From: Pocillopora damicornis | Lineage: Eukaryota | Direction: 5' to 3' | DNA length: 64,000 bases | Assembly (NCBI RefSeq): GCF_003704095.1 | Contig: NW_020845755.1 | Coordinates: forward strand, 434,001-498,000 | Shown here: positions 36,824 through 47,920 of the stretch, piece after piece | Numbering within the stretch: position 1 is the stretch's first letter | Layout of the letters: each line of letters begins with the position of its first letter | Notes under the pieces: generated by a model | Seen by the model: the letters and a program-made list of their open reading frames with translations, nothing else | Database searches by the model: none | Told to the model about the DNA's origin: nothing | Translations under genes and position numbers: made by a program

Positions 36824-37744
36824 ATGAATGGTACACAAGAACAGAAAAAGTCGACGAGAGCCTTTAAATTATCTGTCTACTTGTTAGCTTTGCGGCCATG
36901 GTCCTTCTCAGCGTCATTTATTCCGGTGGTTTTAGGGGCCGTTTTGTGTTGGAGGGCGACTGGTCTTTTCAGTGTCTCGTTGCTCGTATTGACAATGATA
37001 GCTGTTCTTGGAGTCCACGCGGCCGGCAATCTGGTAAACACGTATTACGACTACATGAAAGGAATTGATAGCAAAGTATCAGACGATCGTACTCTAGTTG
37101 ATCACCTTTTAACGCCTAAAGAGGTTGTCAATCTGGGCGTTCTTTCCTATGGCCTCGCCACCCTTGCCCTTGTGTCCTTGGTTGGATTATCATCAGCGAA
37201 AATGGAACATTTGTCGTTCTTGTTCTTCGGAGGACTATCTGGCTCGTTTTTATACACTGGTGGTGTTGGGCTAAAATATTACGGTGTCGGTGATATTGTT
37301 ATTGTTATCACGTTTGGTCCTTTAGCCGTCCTTTTTTCTTACCTGACTCAATGTGGTAATGTGGCGTTGTTTCCGCTGGTCTTTGCCATTCCTGTGGCTT
37401 TGAGCACGGAAGCTATTCTTCACAGCAACAACACGCGAGATATGGAGACTGACAAAAAAGCCGGTGCAGTAACGTTGGCTATCATTCTTGGCCAGCAGCT
37501 CTCATATGTACTCTATTGCCTCCTCCTGCTTGCTCCATACATGATATGTACTGTGCTCTCAGTCAACTTATCTGTACGTTTCCTTTTACCCCTTATCACG
37601 TTGAGAATGGCTTTCAAATTGGAAAGAAGCTTTCGGGAAGGAAAACTTATTCTGCTTCCTCAACAAACTGCTAAATTGAACTTAATGTTTGGGTTACTGT
37701 ACACTTTAAGTTGTTCAGTTGCCCCTCTAAGTCTACCCAGATAA
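36824..37744 (+). CDS. UBIAD1: UbiA prenyltransferase domain-containing protein 1 (menaquinone-4 synthesis), 306 aa, intronless
   Basis: LALRPWSFSAS, HAAGNLVNTYYDYMKGIDSKVSDDRTLVD, FLYTGGVGLKY, EAILHSNNTRDMETDKKAG; multiple hydrophobic helices. Confidence 0.96.
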   Translation: MNGTQEQKKSTRAFKLSVYLLALRPWSFSASFIPVVLGAVLCWRATGLFSVSLLVLTMIAVLGVHAAGNLVNTYYDYMKGIDSKVSDDRTLVDHLLTPKEVVNLGVLSYGLATLALVSLVGLSSAKMEHLSFLFFGGLSGSFLYTGGVGLKYYGVGDIVIVITFGPLAVLFSYLTQCGNVALFPLVFAIPVALSTEAILHSNNTRDMETDKKAGAVTLAIILGQQLSYVLYCLLLLAPYMICTVLSVNLSVRFLLPLITLRMAFKLERSFREGKLILLPQQTAKLNLMFGLLYTLSCSVAPLSLPR

Positions 37745-39947
37745 AGGTTAGCACATTGGTAAATGGATTGGTTAGTGACTGTGTAGTCTATGTGGCATTA
37801 TAATTTTTGGGGGAGTTCTATTTTTTCAGATTGAAGTTTTTTTGTTGTTTTGTTTGAATGAATGCTTGTGACTCCCCAGTAATGAATTGTTTTTAATTCT
37901 CTGTTCAATTAGAGGACCATAATAGTGTGCTTTTTTTTTTTAGGTGGTAGTTGGTAAAATTTCCCCTCTGTGGTACCTCTTATCACCCCTCCCTTAAATA
38001 ATTTAATTGGAATTCAACAGGCAAAAGAATTGTTCTTCCAGGTGAAAAATTTCTTTTAACTGATGTGCTTGAAGTAAGGAGGCCACTTTTACTACTTGTA
38101 GGGCTAGAAAAATGGACATGTCAAGTGTTTGATTAGAGTGAGTGAGAGAATTTTGCTGAGTTTTATATTAGGGCATTCCTTTTTCTTTGGAATTTATTAT
38201 TTTTTCGTTGATCAAGACCAACCCATTAGTCTTTATAAATCTGATGTTACTGCAGTCCATGGTCCTCAGTCATGTTAATTTTGGGGGCACCCATTGTAGT
38301 CTGTAGACCTGTAGTCAATGTTTGTGTAAGCATGCAAGGGTTATGGAAGTAGCATTGAAAGTTTGTATTGATTAGGTCAGGTATTCTGCAATCCAGCAAA
38401 TGGATTTATTGGGTATGTTCCTGGCAACTCCACTGGTAGCATTTCTTCAATAGTCATGTAATTGCCTCAATCAATCAGTGGACAGAGTAGTCTTAAAAAA
38501 GTTTTTAACTTTGGTTGTAAGTTGTAAATTAGGCCAACCTCATAAAGTGTTTTTTTAACACTGCCTGAACAAACCAGTTTTAGAAAAGAAGAACAAAAAT
38601 AAACCAACACCCAACAATAAAAAATGTAAAAAAAAAAGCATAAAGGAATGGAAAATTTTGCTTTGAATTCATGGTCTTGAACAACTCACACCTCTTATCA
38701 TTTTTTTGATACCATGGTCCAACCAAGCCTAAGAAAGAATCTGTTGATATCTGGGTTTTCATAGTATTTAAGAAAAAGTCATTTCAAACAAATTAAATGT
38801 TATATTGCATCAAAAGTTGACTTTGTATTTTTATTGTATTAAACCTCACCCTAGATAATAAATCATTATTGGATGGGGATGAGCATGATATCATGAATTA
38901 TCAATGCAGAGGTCTGAGTTATCTGGCAAAGGGGAAGGCTTGGACTTGACATGATAACCCAATGTTTGCTGCAGATATTGAGTTCAAATATCAACTTGAC
39001 ATTGTATATTGACTACATGCTCTCAACCAAAAATACCATAAATGTATTTATCAGTAATTGGTGATACAATTGAATCTGATCTTTTTCCATAGTTACATTT
39101 CATAGGATCAGACTGAGTGTTTCTTTAGGTACTAAATTGACACTGTTTTCCTTGAAATTCTTTACTAATAAATGTTTAGATTTGTAACCAGTATAGGAAA
39201 TTAGGATGACGCTTTCAATTGAAGAATTGTTTGTTGCGAATGAAATTTTCTGGGTTTTTAACCTCTTCCTTTGATTCTTTTGGTTGCAATTCACTACCTC
39301 AAAAGAAAAATGTACTTGTTTGTCTCACGATGTGGTCACTTCAGATGTAGATTGCTATTTGACATTCATAACTTGCCATAAGCGTAGATTCTGGCTCAAG
39401 AAAACCTACTGGTAAAAATAATCCAATTACCTAGTTAGTTAGAAAGAAGTCTCATTGATTCTCTGCATTAAATAATTAAAAAATTATGAGTTACAATAAA
39501 ACCAAAATAAATTTGTTTTCCCACTATTCCATCCATGTCCTCTGCAGAACATGAGAAGAAAAGTCATCCAAATTGAGCTATCAGTTTTTAAGAATAAGTT
39601 ACCTTTAAAGCTTATCTTTTTGCAATAACATTTTAGTCTCTTGTTATTGTTATTACATATTTTGTCAGCATTAGATTCACTATAAGCTTCTTTCAAAATT
39701 ATTCTGAATTTTTAAGAGAGAACACATTCACTTTTGTCTAAGAACTAGCAAAAGGAATATTTCAATTTATTCATTCACTAAATTAAAACCATCATAGGCG
39801 AAAAAATCAGGTTACATTTTTGTGCAACTTCAAAGAAGTCTTCAACCACCATTGAAGATTTATGGGGGGTAATAAATATAATAAGGTATTGTTCAGTGTT
39901 ACCAACTGACTTCAAAACATAAATTGGCCATCGTAAAGAGTTAAAAG

Positions 39948-39981
39948 GCTGACGTTTCGAACGTTAGCCCTTCGTCAGAAC
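39948..39981 (-). ncRNA. Minimal type I hammerhead ribozyme motif (family 1)
   Basis: GUU-CUGACGA-A-GGGC-UAAC-GUUC-GAA-ACGU-C-AGC: conserved core, stems I and II, palindromic ACGU stem III, GUC cleavage triplet. Confidence 0.7.
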
Positions 39982-40084
39982 GATTGGAGGTGTTGTGAGT
40001 TGCTTTTGGGTTTATATGCAGAAAATGGATCAACGCTATTGATGGGAAAAGTAAACCCCCGCATAACCCACAATTCCTCCAATC

Positions 40085-40118
40085 GCTCTGACGAAGGGAT
40101 TACGCTCGAAACGTCAGC
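40085..40118 (+). ncRNA. Minimal type I hammerhead ribozyme motif (family 1), weaker stem II
   Basis: GCU-CUGACGA-A-GGGA-UUAC-GCUC-GAA-ACGU-C-AGC. Confidence 0.65.
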
Positions 40119-41470
40119 CTTTAAACTCTTTAGGATAGCCAATTTACTTTTTTAACTCAGTTGATAACACAACATTACCCTGTCATTTTATACTATCCCA
40201 CCGACGCAGTAAACTGTGGTGCAGTTCCCCTTGATGCAAATTATGACCTTAAAAGCAACCACTCGAAGAACGTTTTGAGTAGATGTAGTTTAAAAGTGCG
40301 TGATATTTTCACAAATTGTATAACAAATTTTTCCATACGCTCGGTTCTTTTTACCGATCAATTTTGTTTTTTTATGTTACTTTAAACACCCTTGCTTCCA
40401 GCAACCTCAAAATGTACCGTGAACTGATGAAATGACGCGCGTGATTGGTGCCAGAACAGGTATGAGTGGGGTAAGTTTGTCTCATTATATTTCCTAAACA
40501 AGCACCGTGACCTATCTTTTAAATTGTATTTTTCGAAACAGATATTGGTAAGGAACATTTAAGGAAAGTTTAAGAAAAATTGTTCCATGCCTATTTTTTC
40601 TGATGAATCACCTTCAAGGAAAAATCTCAGAACTATTTCGACAAATGTTTCAGCATACGTGGGGGACTGCACTATTTTGTTTCAGTATGTGTTTAAGCGA
40701 TGATGAGACAAACAGAAAACCGAAGGATTAAAAAAATAATAACGGTAAGCACCCCAACTGTGTCATGTACATTTATTTTCATTAAAGTACTCATGTCATA
40801 AAGGGAACATTATTGAAGAGGATATCTCCTCTAGAGGCAGATCTCTTCTTTGGCCTTGCATTCAAAGGAAGGTTTGCTAATGAACCTGCTATTTTGGTCA
40901 CTACCGGTCACGGAGTACAACTGACAAAATTTCTTTCACAGAAAATAGCTTCACAAATAACAGCAAAAAAATTACTCTCCATTGATTAAAGTCTGTACTC
41001 TGGCTTCAGGGGGCAACACGTACGCACACTCTTCAATTACTTAAATCCAGGCTGCTTCTCAATTTTTGGGTGAGTAATGACCGCGGAAAGACTGAGTAGA
41101 AGTTCAAACAGCCAATCAAATTTCAGCTTATTTTCAAAGAATACATATCACCGGTAGGAGCCAGAGTGCAACAGTTTCTTATTTGTGTAAGTAGGGTACA
41201 CCGTTGACACGAGAGATCTCTCCATAAAAGTACGGTTTTCTGGCAATACACAGTTAAAACTTTACCGAAGAAAGTTGTATTTCATTTGTTAAAATCGAGA
41301 AGGTAAGCTGAGTTTCTCAAAAACACCCACTGAATATTTTTTACTCTTATTTTTCAGTATTGAAATTTCGACTTCCTCTTTGAGCATACCAAAGGGCGCT
41401 GGACGCATTTCTTTTCTTGTTATTGCATATATTATTTTATTTTCTCTTTTTCTCTTTTACAGTCTTGAAA

Positions 41471-44181
41471 ATGGCTAAAACTCTCAATTCTGATGGCGCT
41501 TTACTGAATAAAATGGAGGTGAGTTTACGGACTGTTTTCCAACTTAATTATATATTCAAACTTCCTTTCAGCTCGGCGAGGTGAAGCTCTCCTCAGCCCT
41601 AAAAAATCGAGTCGTTAAAAAAGACATCATCCTCGATTCGAACGTTTCACACCAAAATTCAGAATATATATTTCGTCAAAGGTATTCTTGTTGCAATATG
41701 GTGAAAAGACAGAAATAGCTATTTTTGTCACTATCGCGAGGTGGTTAGAACTTCCTGTTTCCTTTGAAATCCCCCTCGCGCAGCAGATGGTTCGATTTTG
41801 TTTTCTCTGTTGGTAATGCGATGTCTGAATTTTATTTTCCTTTTTCTTTTAGTGGTTCAACTATCTAACCACCTGTAAAATGGATCGGTTTGCACAGAAT
41901 CTTCTTCATGCAAACCAACCACTCGTGCCCGAAGCAACTCCGGTACCTGGATTTGAGCGCTTGATATGTGCTCCTCACATCAGTCGAAATCAGAAAATTC
42001 ACACCATGAGGCAACCAGGTTTGAAGTCGCTATATTTATGTCCTGAATCAACCTAAAACGTTCGTTTTCAGAATGCCTACTGCGTTCTAATTTAAAAATC
42101 GAAAGAGGAAAAAGTTTATAACTTGAAAATATTCGAGTTTGTTTGTGTTTTAATTTGCAGTTGAGTTTCCTCAAGAAAAGTCCTTCTTGGATGATCTGTA
42201 TGCCCTTCAAGGCGACGAAGTGGATGCTCTTTTCAATGGGATTTCGGCCAGTGGCTTTTCAGACCACTCTGTTTTCAATCCCGAACCAGAGAGATATAAA
42301 GGTATTATGACCTAATTTTTACTCAGTTTGCAATTGTTGTGTTTTCCGTTTTGAAAACGTCATTCCTTGTTTCCAAGGCGACCTTATTCTAATTGGTTTC
42401 GAGTCTCTCTTCATTGACACCTGGTCCAATTCGTTAAGACTTCCTGTTTTCGTTTTTCAAAATCGTCAGCCTTATTATTAAAATGTTGAATTTGTTTTTT
42501 GAATTTTATGTTTTTGACTTTTTAGTATGACCGCTTATTAAATTCTCATTCTTAAAAACTGATAGCATGATTCAGACATAAAAGGAATAAAAGAAAGACA
42601 GATGCATATTGGTTTTCTATCATTATCATGAAGTGTTGCATCATGTCTAAAATTAAAAGAGGAGGTGATTATTTTTTAAGCGGTTGCTGCTTAATCTTTT
42701 TCTCCCCACATCTTATTTACACCTCCCACAATTTATTAATTTCAGCCATGAACTTGTGATATTTAACCATTCAAAACTAAATTTCCTCATGTTTTGATTC
42801 TTATATTCTCATCACTCAGTTGATTAAAAATCAGTACACATTGAATGGAGAAGGTATGTGGATCAGTTCTGGTTCAAAGGAATATCAAGTTCGCACATGT
42901 CTAATCATATTACATGTTTATTTAACATTCCTTTCATTTTTCAGATATTGATCACCTACCAGACCCAGCAGTCTTTGATGGGCTGCTAGATGAAGTACCC
43001 ACTGTGCCATATACACCCAGTTTTGTCCCATTCATCTCGAAAGAGGAGGCTAAGTTCCAAGTTTGTGGTGATTCAGTGTACAATTCACCTGCTAGCAGCA
43101 GCCCTCCCTACAGTCCACCTACCAGTGAATCTGGTTCAAACACCAGTGCTGATGAAGGGATTCAAAGTGACCTTGAAAACATTGATGGTTAGTGAAAAGA
43201 AACCTCACCAAAACATACAGACACTATTGGACATATAAGAACAGCCCAGTGACTTGACTGCTTTATTCAAACCTGTTTTCTTAAAGGGTATTACTCATAG
43301 GTGTGAATTCTAGAATATTTTGTGTTATGATAACCATTTGAATTGTTTCTTCTGCATGTAAACTTTGTTTTAGATTTTTTTCTGGATAGAGTGAGTCAAT
43401 CTGCGGAGTCACCCTTATCAGTAAATGGTGAAGCTGTCACATGCAATATTAAACAAGGTATCATCATTTTATTCTCATTTTGAGTATCTTTAGTATTGTG
43501 AATTGATATCTTGATTTTTACTCTATTAACTCTAATTTTTAACAGAATCAACTGTGTCAGCTGTTGTGCCGAAGCCAGTGAGGAGACGAAAGCGTGGGCC
43601 AAGACCACTGGTCAAATATCGAGGTATGTGCAATAAGTATTGCAAGTTTGACACCTTTCTAGTTCTTTTTCATCTCTATTTCCTTCTTGTGCAATCACAC
43701 AATTTGTCCAATTTTAAGGTAGGAACTTGTGTTTTTCCATCTTTTAGGTGATGGACCAATTCAACTGTGGCAGTTCCTACTGGAGTTAGTCACTGATCCT
43801 AAATGTTCAAAACTGATCAAGTGGACTCAGGATGAGGACTACGAGTTCAAGATCCTTCAGCCCTCAACAGTGGCCAGGATGTGGGGGAAAAAGAAAAATA
43901 AACCAACCATGAACTATGAGAAGCTGAGCCGTGGTATCCGTTACTACTATGGCAATTCAGTGATTGAGAAGGTTCATGGAAAAAGATATGTTTACAGGTT
44001 CTTGTGTGATATCCCCAAAATTCTTGGCTATGATCCAATGGCCATTAAATGTGAAGACATTGTGGATGATGCTGTGTGTGGAGAAGCTGTACCTGAAGTC
44101 AATGATACACCACATGTTGCTCCTTCAGTTGAAGATAGCTTTCTTGCTGGATATCTTGACTTTAGTGTACTTTATAGTTAA
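41471..44181 (+). CDS. ETS-domain transcription factor (ETS1/2- or GABPA-like ETS domain, no recognisable PNT domain), ~397 aa, 7 coding exons
   Basis: Exons 41471-41518, 41853-42018, 42161-42301, 42945-43187, 43374-43457, 43546-43623, 43748-44181 (1194 nt, in frame). ETS domain [12 protein letters not shown]...[23 protein letters not shown]...KRYVYRF. The 5' exons are less certain than the last four. Confidence 0.88.
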
Positions 44182-47004
44182 ATTCTTACAGTTTATGTTG
44201 AGACCCAAAACGTTATGTAACGTTAAGTTGTGTTACTGTTATTGCAGTTATTGTTATTGCGGTGACACTTTTTGTAGCTTGTATCAAGCAGATTATGTGG
44301 TAGTCAGCCCAATGATTTATAAATCGTATCGATTTTATCCATGCAAATGTTGTGAAGTAAATTGTGCAATCACTCTGCCAAATCAAATTTGGTAAGGGCC
44401 CAGAGGGATTGGATGGTTTTCTTCGCAAGATTTGCAATAAACTGCATACTTTGTATGTGCCCTGTGAAAATAAAAAGATTGTAATTGTAAGTGTGAGATA
44501 TATTTAGACGAATGAAAGGAAATCTGTTTCCTTTTATTCTTTGCCATTTTGAAGGTCTTGCAATGTCTTGTGGATGCTGGCATCAAATGCTATGATTATA
44601 GTTACATCAATATTGTAAAAAATACCATAATTTCAATATTTACATTAGTACATGAGCTGCATAATCCAAGGCTCACTCAGGTGTTAAAAGGAATGATGAA
44701 TCTGTCTGTTTTCTAGGAAGTTGAAAAATATTTGCCATATCTTTGAAAGTTATTTCTATACACAATTTAAAGTAATAAATAATTATTGTTACACTGAACC
44801 AGTGAGCACTGTACTTTTTGCCTTTATATTGCTACCAGGTAGCTTTATTTGTTACAAATTAGTGTCTGTAATATGCTATTGAGTGGTTGGAAATAAAATG
44901 CTTCTTAAATGTACTTGAATGTGACAGTTATCTGAATATGTAATTATTGTACAGCAGAGCGATGGTTTTGTGATCAGGCTGTAGTAATACATTGTCACAG
45001 TAGGTATGTGATGGTGGTTGAAACTTGAGAATATCATCTCACAGTTGAACTCTTAGAGTCATGGTCAAGGTACTAGTTTTTAACATTTGGAGATATCTCA
45101 TCTCAACAGATGCTTGACAAAAACTTGGTTTCAGCTAGGTCTTTAAAATCTTTCTGAGAGAAATCAATCTGAATATTTTGTCTCAAGTACTAAGTTGAAT
45201 TGCTATTAAATTATAATTTGGTTTTCTGTCCAAAATTGATAAATAATTGTATTTGTTTGAAATATTTCTTTGTTTTTGATTATTTAAATTCATTTTAGCA
45301 ACTTTCAGTTGGGATGACATTGAGGTGAAGCGGTCTCAATAAATTTAGAAGGCTAGAATTGAGTGGGACAAAAACATTTCAATTTCTCTTCTGACAACTT
45401 TCAGAATGGAAGTCACATGGCACTTATTTTGTAGTAGAATGCAGATAGGAAAAATAGTAAGGTTAAAAAATTTCATACTTCTATTTCTTTGTTAGAATTA
45501 CTAAATACTCCCAGCGACACTTTCTTGAAAGCTCAATTGAAAGCCAACTATAAAATACAAAAAAACTAGGAGGAAAACCAGACTATTAAAAAAAAAATCC
45601 AAGGAGAAATCGAGAGATCCTTAAGGCCCTTTTCCAAAACAAATTCATGAGGAAGTGTAATTCTCCTCTCAAAGTAATGAATTACTCCTGAAGTTACCAG
45701 TATTATGTAACTAAATCCTTTAAAAAATTCTTCCAAATTTAGAACAGGAAATTATATATACAAACCACTTTTCCACTCAAGACATATAAAATGGGTTTAG
45801 CCAATGCTCCTCATCTTTCGCTGGCAAGGAGTTAGTTTTAGAGTTTTATCACTGTACTAAGAAGAAATAAGATAAATTTGTCTTCACAGTTATCTAGTAT
45901 GTATAGGGTGCACAAAACTTGAAAATGAAAAGCCCAGCACAATGACTTTATGGCTATAAATTCTACATAAAGAGGGAAACTCGTTATACTGATAATTCTA
46001 ATTTGAACAGAAAGCTCCCAAAAAAATATTATTATAATTAGTATCTTATATTTCAAATATACCCTTATTACAGAGCAGTTTTTGTTAGAATGTTGAGTAC
46101 AATTCAAGATTTATTTAGATTTTATCAACTAATAAGCTGTGGGAGTAGCTTTCGAAAGTAATATAATCTCCTTAACCAAACAGATCCATATCTAAACCGA
46201 TTAGTGCAATCAAAGCAGTCACAGTAATACATGCTTGTTGCTGGCCTGCCAAGCTTTAGGGTCTTCGGGGCACTAAACAAGAATTAAGACAGCTAAAGCA
46301 AAGACAAGAGTGAGGGGTACTACCACAGACACTGATGGACCTCTTGAACCTGAACAATCACAGAACAGTTTGTCAAATAAAACTTGTCCTGTTACGCACA
46401 TAAAAAAACATAATTATAAACTTTCATTGAGTGTTGGTGGCAAGTGCAGAACAAAATGCAAAGAAGAAGGGCCTTACAAGAAAACAAAACTTAGGCATCC
46501 AATTTGAAGGCAAATATTTTTAATTGACCTTTTATGGGGGAGAAAACACAATGCATTAATTTTGGCAAGGAGATAACGGGAGAATTCTATTTTGAAAATA
46601 ATAAATTGAACACTTGACTTTGTTTGATGCAAATAACATCCTTTGTGAATATTGATGAACACCTTTTCTTGCCAATAAGTCCTGAAAAACAGCCAACAGC
46701 AAAAGGAAAGTTTAAAGGTGGCTAGGTGTATTCTCATTCAAGTCTCAGTGGCTTTTTCTAGTGTTCTAATCTGCTCTAACTTGTGGTTCTTAAATTCTAT
46801 ATGGATGCCTTCAGCATGTAAACAGTGCCATGGAGCATTTGGATACTTCGATCAATTTCTTTCGAAACATGCAATCTGAGCCAAAAAAATGATAATTAGT
46901 TTTTTCATAAAATATTTACTAGATACATGCTACTTTTAGGGAGAATAACCACAAGTAATATCAAAAATCCCATTATAGCAACATTTTAATCTGGTTGCTC
47001 TCGA

Positions 47005-47640
47005 TTAAGGAAGGTCATGCAGATTATGCTTGGTGTAAAGTTCCTCTGTAAAATCGTAAACTTGTTTCATTGCATCTGTAACTTCTTTCAATAACTGCTT
47101 GGTTTTGCCCTTATCCATGTTTGGTTGTGCAATTTTCTTGATGAAATCTCCGACTTTCGGCAATGTGTACATAGCCCATAATGCCGCCTTTCGAATTATC
47201 CACGGATGGAAGTTAGCCAAAGATTCATTATAAGCATCTTTAGCCATGTAATAAGAGGAATCGTCGTCTGTTGATTGGCTTAATTTACTCATGAAGAGCA
47301 TAGTGAAAGCAAGAGCCCGGTGCAATCTTAGAAGAGTTCTTGATCCTGACAGAGGGTGCGTTGTTTTCCGTGTCAAATCATTTTCGATTTCAAAATCAAG
47401 CATTGCTTGAATGAACACATACTTCTCTCCGTGTTTTGACTTTCGATAATCTTGAAGAATGCCCATTTTTTCTCTCACATCCGATGTAATGAATCCAAAC
47501 ACAGTCCCAAGCATATCGAAAAATATACAAAGTTCTCCATATCCTCGTATGTATTCGTCCATGACAAGGCTTCCGTCTTCTTGAAGTGTTTTTTTGAAGG
47601 CATCAAGAACGATGGCGAGTTCAAACTTTCTCTCAGTCAT
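47005..47640 (-). CDS. CPTP: Ceramide-1-phosphate transfer protein (GLTP fold), 211 aa, intronless CDS
   Basis: GTVFGFITSDVREK, SGSRTLLRLHRAL and AYNESLANFHPWIIRKAA match the CPTP/GLTPD1/ACD11 pattern, with the Lys/Arg/Arg phosphate-binding residues. Confidence 0.92.
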   Translation of the reverse strand: MTERKFELAIVLDAFKKTLQEDGSLVMDEYIRGYGELCIFFDMLGTVFGFITSDVREKMGILQDYRKSKHGEKYVFIQAMLDFEIENDLTRKTTHPLSGSRTLLRLHRALAFTMLFMSKLSQSTDDDSSYYMAKDAYNESLANFHPWIIRKAALWAMYTLPKVGDFIKKIAQPNMDKGKTKQLLKEVTDAMKQVYDFTEELYTKHNLHDLP

Positions 47641-47920
47641 AATAATTAAAGTTATAGACCTTTGAGTAGGGTAATCTCTTCTTTGTCGTTACTACGCAAA
47701 TTATTTATGAGCTATTTTCATACCGCCGGCTGAGGCCGTATCGACGCGTATAAGCCATTTTAAATACCAGCGGTTTCATCTCTATAAAACAAGCTTACCC
47801 CTGTACTGCGCATATATCAAGGGGGGAGAACCCTGACCACATCGCTGGACGACTGAGCTGACGGCTGAGCTCACACGATGAGATGTGACACCATGGAGTT
47901 TTGAACCCTATTTTAAAAGA
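47641..47920. promoter_or_regulatory. Putative bidirectional promoter shared by CPTP and INTS11
   Basis: Only 280 bp separate the two divergent ATGs. The interval keeps CpGs relative to the INTS11 body. A minus-strand GTAAGC donor near 47797 suggests a CPTP 5' UTR intron. Confidence 0.7.

Larger units (their letters stand above)
39883..40215. mobile_element. Inverted pair of family-1 repeats (Penelope pseudo-LTR-like), each carrying a minimal hammerhead motif
   Basis: About 39883-39990 is the imperfect reverse complement of about 40076-40181. Confidence 0.8.
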
